DNA of 64,000 bases, from contig NC_058368.1 in NCBI RefSeq assembly GCF_018350175.1, positions 43,774,001 to 43,838,000 on the forward strand, in the 5' to 3' direction. Shown one piece after another: positions 40,339-53,891 of this stretch. This stretch comes from Felis catus. Lineage: Eukaryota. A program made the position numbers and the translations under genes. The notes under the pieces were generated by a model. It was not told where the DNA came from. It did not search any database and saw only the letters and a program-made list of their open reading frames with translations. How positions within the stretch are numbered: position 1 is the stretch's first letter; the number at the start of each line of letters is the position of its first letter.

Positions 40339-41413
40339 TATTCCCATTAATATTAATATTTAGGCTCTTACCTGCAACATTTATTGCTGAGATGTACTAA
40401 TGATGATTTTTTTATTTTATTTTGTTGCTTTGGTTAGTCCAGGGTGGGAAAGAGGAGAAAGCTTTAAAGACACTTTGCCCCTCTCTGAGTCATTACTCCA
40501 TGTTTGTTTGTTGTTTTTTTTTTTTTTTTCATTCCTAGCCCTCCCCATCACTGTCTCCTGACCCTGAGATCCATAAATCTTTTGTTTGTGGCTTTCTAAA
40601 CATTGAGATAGCCACCACACTTGTGCTGATCCACATAGTTCTCAACCTGTGGAATTTGCAGGAAAGACTATCAGAGAAAAGGGATTCTGGAAGGGTGGTG
40701 AGGAAGTCTGTGTCTAAGTTCCTATGGTTTTGTTTTTTTGTGTTTGTTTTTGTTTTTTAACTGAGAGCTGGGCTTTGTATGTTCAAATCAAGCTCAGACT
40801 AACAGAAAGAAGAAACTGTGAGTATGATAGCTAACAGAGATGCCAGGAGTCCTGTAGTATTGGGGACATTGGAATTCCCTGAATGAAGAGCGAAGAGATA
40901 TTATTTAACATCTCGAGTATTCAGGGAAGACAAGCTGAAGGCCAAATAAATAAAGACCACATCCTAGATTATAGGTAACACCCTATTACTGGAACCTAAC
41001 TGCACAAAACTAACTAAAAGAAGGCTGATATACACCAGTAGAACAAAACATAAGATCACACCTGGAAAGATCAAGAGGATCCACCAGTAAAAGGACCACA
41101 TGCCAAAATAATACCCAAAAGAAGATAATACAATTAACATCCACAATGTCTAATATAATTAACAAAATACTGGACATGCAAAGAATTAGAAAAATGTGAC
41201 TATTACACCACTACTGCATCATTGAAACAAACTCCAAGATGACCCAGAAGAAGAAATTTAAACTCAACTATTACATAGATTGGGATAAATTAAAGATGTA
41301 TGGTCAAATTCCTAACACAAACAATAAAACAGTTTAAAACAAATATATAAATATATAGTAAGTGTAAAAAAAAGGTATAATATGAAATAGTTATTTGGTC
41401 AAATAGAGATGAT

Positions 41414-41465
41414 ACACACACACACACACACACACTCACACTCACACACACAAACAATACACACA
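41414..41465. repeat. (CA)n microsatellite, interrupted
   Basis: Tandem CA array. Confidence 0.95.
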
Positions 41466-43552
41466 GAAGAGAAAGAAATCTGGGTAAACTACGGCACTAA
41501 TACAGAATGAATGAAAGTGTCAACCATAAAATATATATGATAAAATTTAATTGAATAAATAAAAATTATCATGACCAAAGTAATTCTTTTAGGTATTTAA
41601 AATTTTTAACTAATTATGCAATTATTTCAATTCTACTACATTGTTTTAATATTCAGGCAGAATTTTAATGTGTACATTTTTATTTTACAATATACTGGCT
41701 GCCCAAAGTATTCAAAAGGATACATGATATTTTGGTAATGATTTTGTTTTATTCTGCTGAATTTCCAACTATATTTATAGAAGACAAAATGTAAAACTTC
41801 AAAAGACAGAAGTAGTAATTATTCAGTAGTACAATTTTGTTTCATTTACTTTTACTACCCTTAAATGGGAAAGGACGATGAAAGTAACTAAGATTTGTAT
41901 TTTTCACCTTAAGTAGACTAATATCAGGTTTCAGTTATATTGTGAAAATAACATTGCTATATCATACAAGTACCTATTAAAATTTTATTAGAAAACATCT
42001 TCTTTAATGGAAAACCATTACTATTATTTGTGGCAAATATTTTAAACATCTGTCCTTACTAAATATTGGATTCTAACACAATTTCTGTTCCTTTCCTTCA
42101 AGGCATATTAGATTGTTCATAACTAAAAAGAAAATTATTTAATTTTCGAGTTAAAAACTTGGATTCCATAAAAGCAATAAGCATGTGTAATATTATAAAT
42201 ACCAGAATAACATGCATCCAATGAAAAATAAACATTTTAATTTCTTTTGCTCCACTGACACATAGTAAACTAAATTATAGCCAACAGTCACACTTTGCAG
42301 GGCATTACACCAATTCAGCTCTAGAGAAGGTCAAGTCAAAAAAAAAATGAAGAAATTTTAATACATTTAATTTAGTACATTATTTTATTCCAGTTAGGAA
42401 TAGCTCTCAATTATTGATGTGTCTGTTCATTTCTAGAACATTTAATCTCAAGCATTTTTAGAAGTGGATGATCATTATATCTTTGTCATCTTTGACCTCT
42501 TTTGGTTAACCTTTATGGTCTTTCTATAAACTCTGTCTCCTGCTTGCCAAATCTATGTTCTATTTAACATTTGCTTTTGGCACTTCATGAGATCCAGGTC
42601 TTCTTGCTGCCTTTTCCCCCATAAAAAATACCTTCTTCTCAGTATTTTGTTTTGCCTAGATTATTTAAAAATTGAATATTCAATTAAATTAATTGGAAAA
42701 GTGATTTAATGTAATGTATGTGACATTCATATACAGTGTTCTTTAAGGAGTAAACTAAGAATATATTTTATGAAGCAACTACAACATAAGTTCATTATGC
42801 TATCACAAAAGTGAAGTTAAAAAAAAAAGGAGGATGTTATTAAAGAACTATATCTGTGGAAAAGGAGTAGGTCTGTGCTGTTTTTCAGTAGTCCACCAAT
42901 TAACCCAAAAACAGGAAGACATTTTACTTCTTGCAGGCCAGATAGGTTTTTTTTTATTATTATTTGTTTTTTTAAACCATCTTTCAGAGAATGTAATTTG
43001 TCACTATTCTAATCACATTAACCACATGATCATCATTCTAGGCAAATGCTGAATGATAGTCCTTCCATTGACTACACAGTTTCAACTGTTAAGGAGGATT
43101 GTAATTGTGCATGACAGCAGAGGTAGAGTACCATTCTACCCATTCTACTTAGATGAGATTACTATAGCAGACTCTGTAGTTCCTCTGACATCTGATGTAC
43201 TCCATGCACGATACACAATGGATACCAAGAAGGTACATGAGCAAACAGAAAACAATATCAAAATTTATATTTACTAGTTATTAACTTGAAAAAAAATTCT
43301 AACATCCCTAAACAAAATCAGCTAAAACACCAGACTGATTTTTGACAAGGTACTCGACCTACCTTCTCAAAACCAGAACCTTTACCAGTATTTTAGAATG
43401 AATACAGAAATCAACCACCACCAGAAATTCCAGCCTTTCAAACTGACTTTATTCCTTTGACCTATTTAAAACACAGAAATGAGAAACACTAATTACATTT
43501 TTTACAAGAAAATTTAATTACCAGGTACTGTTTATAAGGATTTAGACTATAT

Positions 43553-43742
43553 TTGTTTTTGTTTTTTTGAGAGAGAGTGAGAGCATGGGGGAGGGACAGA
43601 GGGAGAAGGACAGAGAGAATCTTAAGTGGACTCCACATCTTGCATGGAGCTCGACGCAGGCCTCGATCTCAAGAAAGTGAGATCATAACCTGACATGAAA
43701 TCAAGAGTAAGACATTTAACTGACTGAGTCACCTAGGCACTT
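43553..43742 (-). mobile_element. Can-SINE (older)
   Basis: (AG)-rich tract, GTGAGATCATAACCTGA...TTAACTGACTGAGTCACCTAGGCAC; flanks TAGACTATATTT / TAGACTACATTT. Confidence 0.9.
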
Positions 43743-46700
43743 CTAGACTACATTTCTTCTTATTTATTATAAAACAGAAAGCAATTTTCAGTGTAAGTTG
43801 AGTAGAATAGTTTATTTTTATATTAATCCTTTATAGCAAAATAAATTTCATGAATTATGTTTCAAATAGGTATTTTTAAATTTCTTCTCCATATATTCCA
43901 CAGACTTACTCATTTATCCCAACTTTTTTTCTTTGTCTTTTTTGAGGCATTAGTAAATTTGATTACTGAAATCTAATATAGCTTCTAGTCTTATGGGGGA
44001 ACTTTAAAATATTAAATTGATAATGCTAAGAAATTGATAAGGCTGACTAACCACAGTAATTTAATATAGATGTGTGTATACACATATTTCAATACTTAGA
44101 TTGATACATATGTACTTACATCCATATGTATCTATGTAATCACTGTTGTATAGACTAAATGAGTAGGCAAATAAAATCGAGAATAAGTCAGAGAATCACA
44201 GAGAACAGACACTGTATCTCTTATTTAGAAAAGAAAGATTATGCATTCAGAAGAAAGGCATAATCATTTCATGTGATTTTTATTACTTTATCCTTTAATT
44301 TTCTTTAGCACTTAAAACACAATTCTTAACTTTAAACATTGTCCCCACTAAATGTTAAGTTTGTCTAGCTTTGCTTTATCCTAATCATAATGTCTTACCT
44401 TCATATGCTGCAATGACATTTCACTAGCTACACTGAATTTTAATACGGTATAGAAAGATTAATATTGCACTTTATCTGACACTTTTTATTGCAGTTGAGA
44501 TATTTTGGATATTCTCAAACTTATTTATTTTATGATACAGAAGGTTTGGAGAAAAAGTTTTAAGGGAAATCAATCATAAATATTCAGACATTTGGCTTAT
44601 TATTTTTTGGAGTAAAAACTACAATTAATCTATGCCCATTTTGGATGAGCTGATCCTGTTTATACAGGGGTTTCAGCAGAGTTTATGTAAGCTTTGAAGA
44701 TTATAGGTGGTGTTTAATGAATATTATTTATAGTTTTGAGTTACTCATTTGCACATGCACTTTATGTATTTAATATTACTGAAATCAAAACTACATAAAC
44801 ATGAGTTATCTTTATAAAATGCTCTATGTGCCTCATTCCTTATGGCAACTTAATGCAGTGACACTTTATACCATACCAAGCTGAAAATGTTTGTTAACTC
44901 TCAATTATTTTATTGAAGTAAGCAGATTTCTGACAACCATCTGTTTAGAGTGTACTTATTTCTGTTAATAAATCCATTTGATAGTGAAACACTCGTTAAA
45001 GCAAGGAAGTAAGCACAGCATCTCTGGGAAGTTTGAGCTATATATATTTTGTGACACATCCTGTGCAATGTTAGTTATAGAGGTACAAAATGAGTGCAAA
45101 ATTTCTGCTAAAATGAAAAAAAAAGAGCTTCATTTATATCGTGCTTGTACAAATATTATCTTTAAAGCAAACCAATTAAGAGTATATTTCAGTCTTAAAA
45201 TTTTACATAATTTGCATTAATATCAGAAAAGTATAATGAAGCATTAACAGCATTTTTGGCACTGCATATCTGAATATTTCATATTTGCACTTTTTTAACT
45301 CTGTGTTTTCTTTCTCTAGTGTCCCCAAATGCTGTGCACTTTAGTCACTATTTTAAAATGGCTAATTAATTGTTTTGAGATAATATGTGCTAATTTTGCT
45401 CAAGTGAACCGTCAATGTTATAAATTATATAAATGCTTGAATATCTTTACTCTGGAGCATGTGACATAGAGTTGCCTGGCCGGAATCAACTTGATCGCAA
45501 ATCAATTTTGCAATTCTAAGGACCAACCTATTCAATTTCTTTTGATATATCAAAATATTGTTTATTTCATTTTCAATGAAATCTTAAAGTAATTCTCAAC
45601 TTTCCTAGTTTGCATTCAAATGCATTTTTTTTTTTTTTTTTTTGGTACCTGGATTTCCTTCCATGGTGGAGACTGCCTAAATTTGTAAGGTGATTTTTAG
45701 AGTTTACAAAATGAAATTTTTTATGCATTCTATATTCTATATTTGTTAGATCAAACCAAACATACCCTTCAAATTTGCCAAAAAATTTGTGAAGACATTT
45801 TTATGTCATTTGTTAACTAATAGAAATCATTTTCACAGTTACTCTTTCATTACTGTAGACAACCTAGGATTATCTGAAAAGTTACGTTAAGGGAAACATA
45901 CATATGATGAAATGAAAATGGTTTCTCTATGGAGAATAAAACTTTAAACGTTTGGTCACACATCCTAATTAGTACATGCCCGAATCTCCTGATGTAGATA
46001 TTTAATCTAATCAAATTACTGCTAGGACCACATATGAGGATGGAAGACCTACCTCTTGGGTCCTTGAATATGAAGATAAGATTGGCCTGGAAAAAGAAGA
46101 ATCATCAGCCAAACTGAACTAATACCTCTCTCATTGAAAGCCAAGTATTTGTAGTGGAGAATCAATGGGAATATCAACAAGAATGTCTTGATTGATCTAA
46201 CATCATCAAGAAACACAAAGATTCTGGGTACTGACAGAGGAAGGAGATCACAGCACAGTTTGTGCTATACTTACACTTAGAATGAGCAGTCATGCAGAGT
46301 AAGAAACAGTCTCAGTGGTACAGTTGGGTGATAATAAAAGGATATATAAGATTAATATCACTCCTAATGCAAGATAGATTTGAGATGTTTGAAGAATATA
46401 ATTAAGAGAATACTATCAAAGAGTTGAAATACATTTATTTTTTATGGAAATTTCACCTGCCCTTTACCACATAGAGTGTGAACTTCCATCTGCCCCCTTG
46501 TCTGTAAATATTAGCTCCTTTGATATTTCAATAGAAAATGATAAGATTTTTTCCAAATATTAGAATATCTAAATTACCAAGATTTTATATACCATGTGAC
46601 AAAATATATATACATCATTTTTGACTATCTACATTCTGGTTTTTAAGAGACTGATAACTTGATTTTCCAGATGATTCATAAATAACCAAATTATTTTAAT

Positions 46701-47224
46701 TTTTTATCAAAGTACATGTACAAAAGTCTGGTGATATAGATAATCCACTTCAAGGAATATGAACAAACTCATTAGGAAGTATAGCCATAGAAAGAATACC
46801 AGGCTTAGCTCTGAGATACAAAAATGATTCAATATAGAAATTAAAAATATTCACAACATATTGAATAGTATCAACTAAAATACATGGGTACATAGATATA
46901 GTCTTACATATAGGGAAACAAAATAAAAACCATCAATAAAACAATAAAATGCTTGAGAAATATTCAAGCATTCTTTCAGCACAAAATAGATTAAGTAAAG
47001 AAATATTGAGTAGCAAATGTTGTTCTGTATATAATTCTTAACTTTGGTGGAAGGATTCTCCCCCAATACATTTGTTGCTGATGCATCTCTAAATAACAGG
47101 ACCCATCATCACTGACACAAGGATGGATAGATGACCTCCAGAGTCATAAATAGAATCCTATCGAACCTAAAAGCAATGAGTGATGGAATGGCTAAGAAAC
47201 TGACCCAAATAAACCCCCAAGGAT

Positions 47225-47444
47225 GGGGTGCCTGGGTGGTTCAGTCGGTTAGGCGTCCGACTTTGGCTCGGGTCATGATGTCACAGTTTGTGAGTTTGGG
47301 CCCCACATCAGGGTCTGTGCTGCCAGCTCAGAGCCTGGGGCCTGCTTTGGATTTTGTGTCTCCCTCTCTCTCTCTCTGCCTCCCCAACTAATGCTCTGTC
47401 TCTCTTTTTCAAAAATGAATAAAAAAATTTTTAAAAATTAAATA
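47225..47444 (+). mobile_element. Can-SINE
   Basis: Canonical head and body; TSD CCAAGGAT at 47217-47224 and 47530-47537. Confidence 0.95.
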
Positions 47445-47469
47445 AAGAAAGAAAGAAAGAGAAAAAGAG

Positions 47470-47508
<39 letters not shown>

Positions 47509-47527
47509 GAAAGAAAGAAAAGGAAAG
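47445..47527. repeat. (GAAA)n microsatellite grown from the SINE tail
   Basis: Compound GAAA array between the SINE tail and its 3' TSD. Confidence 0.95.
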
Positions 47528-49990
47528 TTCCAAGGATACTAGAATAAAAGAGCCCTGATTTGCTTTGATTGCCTAAGTTGGTTTTAACCATGCATAAATG
47601 AGTCCTTTCTATTATTTAAATTGTAGTTGAAAGCGAAATTGTTCAAGTCATGTGTCTGATGATGTGGTATTAGTTGATTATAAGTTTCGGTGCAATGTTA
47701 ATACCTGGCTGAATATAGCAAATCCTTTTTAACCCACAGTGAATAAGCTGAAATTTTATCTGTAGTACATTGGGCCTCAGATTATTTTTCACTGATGCTG
47801 AAGTTTACAGGAATTTATAGAAATATTACCAGGATGTTGAATAGGTTGGATACTTCTTGTCCTTGCAAGGGATAAGTGTATTTAATTACATACTAGGGTA
47901 TTTAAAGTCTAGAAAGTATGAACATGGAATTTATTGCCCTTTTTTTAGTCTAGAGTAATTCAAAATAGATAATTGTTAGTTAATCATATGACTTACTGAC
48001 TTGCATAAGTATTTTTATGCATAGTTTTTTTTTTTTCCCCTAAGATGAAGTCACCTTGACCAATGGCTGTGGATAAAACTATGTAAGATAATATTGGGAT
48101 ACGGGAAAACACAAAGAATTGAGGGGATTTTGATCCTCTAAGACTTTCAAAAAGACCTGCTGGTTTTTATTTCCTACATAATGGAAGAAATAATTTCTTC
48201 CCATTAAATACCTAGGTTAATTGCAAATATGGGGTTTCAGGGGGAATAAAAGTTACCTTACAACTTCAGCTATATCCATTTTGTTGATTCAGGACAAAAA
48301 TCTAAGCTGAGAGCTGAGACATGTGGCTTTTGGCAAGGCACTAAAGCATTTTGCTAAATAAAATGTGAATTTAATAAGCAGAGATAGAGTCCTGGATCAT
48401 GATTTGAAAGTGTTTATATCTGTCTAGGATTCGGAGGATTGGCAGCCTCTGAAGATTTTAAGAGAACTGCATTACAAATGACACTCCAGCCTAATAAACA
48501 CTAGCTCACAGGTCTGTTTTGAGGTAATATGGATTTTGCACACTCCAACTGCTTCTTTCACTTAATAACAGTGGTACAAATGGGACAGAATACATGCAGA
48601 ACCTGTTTGAGGGCTGTGCAAAGTAAATAGTGTGTGAAGCAGCAATAAGCATCAAGATCCAAAGTATCAACAAACTGGTCATGAATTTGCCATTTCTTTC
48701 CCTCCAGGAAAGAAGGAAAGGCTATACTCAGTCTGACCGTAATATGATCTACAGTCTGAAGTGAACTCAGTGGCATAGTAAGTTTTGGTTCTAGTCCTCT
48801 AGCTCTGGCTTGAGGAGATAAACAGGAAAATGCTTATTTATAGTGCAGTAATATAATTACCTTTTTTTAAACTCATTTTTCTCCATTGTCTCATATTCCA
48901 GTTCCATAATAATCCCACAGTGGCAGCAACCAGTATATGAGGTCAACAGGAGCCTAAACTTTGAGAGAAGGAAACTTCCAAAGCTTAGATCCCAGAACAG
49001 CAGAGCTAACCTTTATTGCTATTTTTTTTCTCTTTCTTTGCCCTTCCAATGCTAGGGCACAGATATGTTACCAAATATGAAGTGACATGAAATAGTGAAG
49101 TAACTATAAACTCAAGTATCTACTCACATGACCAAAAAAGGGAGCTGCAGGGAACAGAAAAGTATGGGAGAAATGATGGAGATGAAGGAACTCATTAAAG
49201 TAACTGCTTAAAATTGTTTTTGCACTCCAGAATTTAACCTCACCTACAGATGCATATATCTGATCTTAGCTACTGCACCCAAGACTTTGAAGACTATGTT
49301 AATAAACGGACCACTAACCAGGTCACTGGGTGACACACAAACAGGATAGATACAAAGAGTTTTGAAAACTGAACTGATACTGGAACTATAGCCTATAGAA
49401 AGCAAGTTAGAACTTGACAAACCAAGACTAGTAAACAGGTCAATTTTTGGCAAAAGTAAACATACAAATATTCTCTCTAAAGTTTAAACAAAAACCAGAG
49501 TTTCATAATATAACATTGAAAATGTTGAAAATACAATTCAAGTTTACTCATTATATGAAGAATCAGGAAAATGATATATTAGACAAACACTCACTAAAAG
49601 AAAACTGGATTCACCATATTAGTATCAGACAATATAGAAATGAAATAGAAGCATATTACCAGAGACAAGAGGGATAAAAAATAGTGATAAAATGGTCAAA
49701 TAACCTGGAAGAAATAATTAAAAATGTGTATGCAGTTAACAACAAATAATCAAAATAGATTAAATAAAACTGGCAGAAATAAACTGATAAAACTGAAAGC
49801 AGATGCAAAAACTCACATTTGTAGTTGAGTATGTCAACATTCCTCTCTTAGTAATAAATAATACTAGTCACATACATTTACTGAAGACATACAAAGCTTG
49901 ATCAACATCAACAACCAACTCTATGCAATTAACATTTTGGAACACTTTTCAAAAAGACAGCAGGTTACATTCTTTTAAAGTGTACATAGA

Positions 49991-50228
49991 GGGGTGCCTG
50001 GGTGACTCAGTCAGTTAAGCGTCCGACTTCGGCTCAGGTCATGATCTCACTGTCTGTGAGTTTGAGCCCTGCGCCGGGCTCCTTGCTGACACCTCGGATC
50101 CTGGAGCCTGCTTTGGATTCTGTGTCTCCCCTGTTCATTCTCTGACCCTCCCCTGTTCATTCTCTGTCTCTCTGTCTCAAAAATAAATAAACATTAAAAA
50201 AAATTTTAAATAAAAAAAAAAAACAAAT
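49991..50228 (+). mobile_element. Can-SINE
   Basis: Canonical head; TSD AAAGTGTACATAGA (49977-49990) / AAAATGTACATAGA (50229-50242). Confidence 0.95.
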
Positions 50229-50248
50229 AAAATGTACATAGAAAATTT

Positions 50249-50417
50249 GGGGTGCCAGGGTTCTCAAGTGGTTTAGCGTCCGACTTTGGCTCAGGTCATG
50301 ATCTCAAGGTTCATGGGTTTGAGCCCTGTATCTGGCTCTGTGCTGACAGTTTCTGTCTCTCTCTCTCTCCCCCAAAAATAAAATAAAAATTTTAAAAAAA
50401 TTTAAGTAAACAAAAAT
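50249..50417 (+). mobile_element. Can-SINE with internal deletion
   Basis: GGGGTGCCAGGG head, GCTCAGGTCATGATCTC, jumps from GCTGACAG to the (CT)n tract, A tail. Confidence 0.92.
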
Positions 50418-53096
50418 AAAATATACATGGAACATTATCTAAGGCAGATCACATTCTAGGTCATAAAACAAGTCATAAATGAATAAATAAAGTGTATACA
50501 AAATACACATAATAGAATTAACGGGAAGCCAACAACAGAAAAATAGATGGAAATCTCCAATCACTTGAAAATTGCACATCCTACTTTTAAATAATCCACA
50601 GCTCAAGAAGAATTATTTTTTTGAAATGAACAAATGTTCAAATTTTTTGAAAATGTACCAAATTTGTGGTGTGGAATGCAACTAAAGGTACTTAGTGGAG
50701 AATTTATAGCATTAAAGTATCATACTAGAAAATAAGAAGAGTTTCAAAATAGCAACCTAAACTTCTCACTTAAGAAACTGGAAAATAAGAACAGAATAAT
50801 CCTACATCAAGAATAAAGGAAATAATAAATACGAGTAAAATTACTGAAATAAAAAACTAAAAACAATAGAGAAAAATCAATGAAACCAGAGAAGATCTAT
50901 AAAACTGATAAGCCTCTATCAAGTCTCACACAAAAAAAAGGAAGACAAAAATTATTAGTATGAGGAATGAAAGAAGGGATGTAATTGCAGACTCCACAGT
51001 CATTAAAAGATTCAAAAGTCAATACTACTAGCAACTTGGAACATAAATTTGAAAACTTGGAACATAAATTTGAAAAACATCAACAAACTGCCAAAATTTA
51101 CCCAATATAAGATAAAGTGAGTGATCTTATATGTATTAAATTAATTAAGTTCATAATTCACTAGTGTTAAGGTGTCTAGATCCATTAGTTTCATTTGACT
51201 AATTAAATTAAAAAAATAAAGAATAATTCATATAAAATTGCCAAAATTCTCTTATAGAAAAAAATAAGAGGAAAGAACATTATTCATTTCATTTGGCCAA
51301 AATTGGCTTAATAACAAAACTGGACAGAACCATGCCAGGAGGAATGAAAGGAGGGAGGGAGAATATAGACCAATGTCCATTCTGAATGTAGATGCAAAAT
51401 TTTCAACTTGGATCCCGACACATTTTGGCACATCCTCAACAATGAGGGCATATCAAGAACAAATTAGGCAATGTAGACAATCACAAAGGTTTGAGAGACA
51501 ACCAAAGGATAAGGCAAAGTTGAAAGAGAAGGGTCACTCCCTACATGAGGCAACTCCTTAAAAAGTTAAAGTAGCTGTTTGTCCTAATATATAGAAACAA
51601 ACACAGAGTCAAACAAAATGAGGAAACAGAAGAATAGGTTCCAAATGAAAGATCAAGTTAAAACCTCAGATAAAAGATCTTACAATGCAGAAATAAGTAA
51701 TATACCTGATGAAGAATTCAAAGTAATGGTCATAAAGATGTTCACTGATCTTAGCAGAATGGATGAACACAGTGAGAACTTCAACACAGCAATTGAAAGC
51801 ATACCAAACAGAAGTCACAGAGCTGAAGAATACAGTAACCGAACTGAAAGATACACTGGAAGTGATCAATGGCCGATGGGATGAAAACAGAAGTACAGAG
51901 CAGCAAGCTGGAAGATAAAGCAATGGACTAACCTAGACAGAACAACAAAAAGAAAAAAAGCATTAAAAAATGAAGATAACTTAAGGGACATCTGAGAGAA
52001 CATCAAGCAAAATAGCATCTGCATTATTGGGAGTCCCAGAAGAAGAGAGAGAAAAGGGGCAGAAAGCTTATTTGAAGAAATAATGGCTGAAAACTTCCCT
52101 AACCCAGGGAAGGAAACAAGCATCCAGGTCTAGGAAGTTCAGAGAATTCCAAATAAAATGAACCTAAAGTTATACGAAGATACATTACAATTAAAATGTC
52201 AAAAGTTAAAGGTACAGGATCTTAAAAGCAGCAAGAGGAAATCAAACAGTTGCAATACAAGAAAAACCTCATAAGGCAATGAAGCAGATTTCTCAGCAGA
52301 AACTTTGCACGCCAAAGGGATTGTGGCATGACATATTGAGTACTAAAAGGAAAAAACAGAACAAAACAAACAAACAAAAAAGCCCAAAAAATAAAAAACA
52401 ACTTTCAACAAAGAATATTCTACCTGGCAAGGTTATCATTCAGATTTGGAGGAAAGAGAGTTTTTCAGACAAGCAAATGCTAAAGGAGTTCATTACCTAC
52501 CAAACTGGCCTTAGAAGAGCTCCCATATGATCCAACAATTCTACTAGTGTATCTATCTGAAGAAAACTAAAATACTACTTCAAAAGATATATGCACTCCT
52601 ATGTTCACTACAACATTATTTACAATAGCCAAATGTGGAAACAGCCTAAATCTCCATCAGCAAGTGAATGGATAAAGAATATCTAGTATATACATACAAT
52701 AAAATTCTAGTCAGCTATAAAAAAAAAAAGAAATCTTACAAATTGCAACAACAAGGATGGAGTTTCAAGATACTATGCTAAGTGAAATAAATCAGACAAA
52801 GACAAATACTACATGACTTCACTTATATGTAAAATCAAAAAGCAAAACAAATGAACAAAATAGAACCAAATAAAACCCAGACACATAGATACAGAGAACA
52901 GATTGCCGTTAGCTAGAGGAGAGAAACGTGTGTATTGGGGGAGGTGGCAGGGGTGGCGTGAAATGGGTGGAGGAGATTAAGAAGTACAAACTTCCAGTTA
53001 TAAAATAAATAAGTCACGAGGATGTAATGTATAACATGGGAAATATAGTCAATAATATCATATTAACATAGTAAAGTAACAGAAGGTAACTAGACT

Positions 53097-53625
53097 TGTT
53101 AGGCAGTTAGAGGTGACTGAGGAGGGATAAAGCAGATGCTGGCCACACTTTTGGAGCCACCTGGAGGGTTAACAGCCACACCTTCAGAGCCACCTCTAAG
53201 GAAAGGCCTATCTACAGAGCTGGTTTAAAAGCCACAGGGGGACTTCTAAGAACTGAGCATGCACACAAAAAGTGCAGCTTGCCCTTAAGTACCTCTAAGC
53301 TCACAGCAAAAGCTCATTAGACACTCATAAATATACAGTACATAAATAAATATAATTATAACAGAAATCATCATGGGTAGGTGCATGTGAATAAGCCAAA
53401 ATGTTATATAAACATTAGCTGCCAATCAAAAATGTCAATCAAGAGTGCCTGGGTAGCTCAGTCCGTTGAGAGTCACACTTTTGGTTTTGGCTCGGGTCAT
53501 GATCCCAGGGTCATGAAATCAAGCCCCACTTCAGCCCACATGCAAAGCATGGAGCCTGGTTAAGATTCTCTGTCTGTCTCCCTCTGCCCCTCTCCCCCAT
53601 TCTCTTTCTATCTCTCTCTCTCTCT

Positions 53626-53681
<56 letters not shown>

Positions 53682-53891
53682 ACACATATATAATCAAAGC
53701 CAAATTGCAAAAAGCAAGCTTAAAAGGATGCAGCTAGAGTTTCTCTATGCCATTACCACTCTTGCTCTGCAGTGACCCTTTTTCACTCTTGAAAGTGTAC
53801 TAATCTACTCAATAAACTCCATTTTCCCATTCTGTTCTTGGTTCTCCAATTCTTTGGTGCATCTGGGACAAGAACTGCAGAACCAGTAACA
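53097..53891 (+). mobile_element. Solo LTR, probably ERV1 class
   Basis: TGTTA...TAACA termini; 4-bp TSD GACT (53093-53096, 53892-53895); AATAAA at ~53811; the L1 3'UTR is contiguous once it is removed. Confidence 0.88.
53442..53686 (+). mobile_element. Can-SINE nested in the LTR, with (CT)n(CA)n tail
   Basis: GAGTGCCTGGGTAGCTCAG head, GGTCATGATCCCAGGG; long (CA)n at ~53629-53686. Confidence 0.9.

Larger units (their letters stand above)
48480..51408 (+). mobile_element. Old LINE-1 (L1M-type) 5' region and N-terminal ORF2, heavily decayed, interrupted by two SINEs
   Basis: ORF2-like text: ACATCAACAACCAAC...TACATTCTTT, AAAACAATAGAGAAAAATCAATGAAACC, AATATAGACCAATGTCC...GATGCAAAA. The 5' boundary is uncertain. 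Confidence 0.75.

Noticed and set aside
42834..43277. Two abutting ATG ORFs (72 and 74 aa)
   Set aside because: No homology I can recognise and no exon structure; this length is expected by chance.
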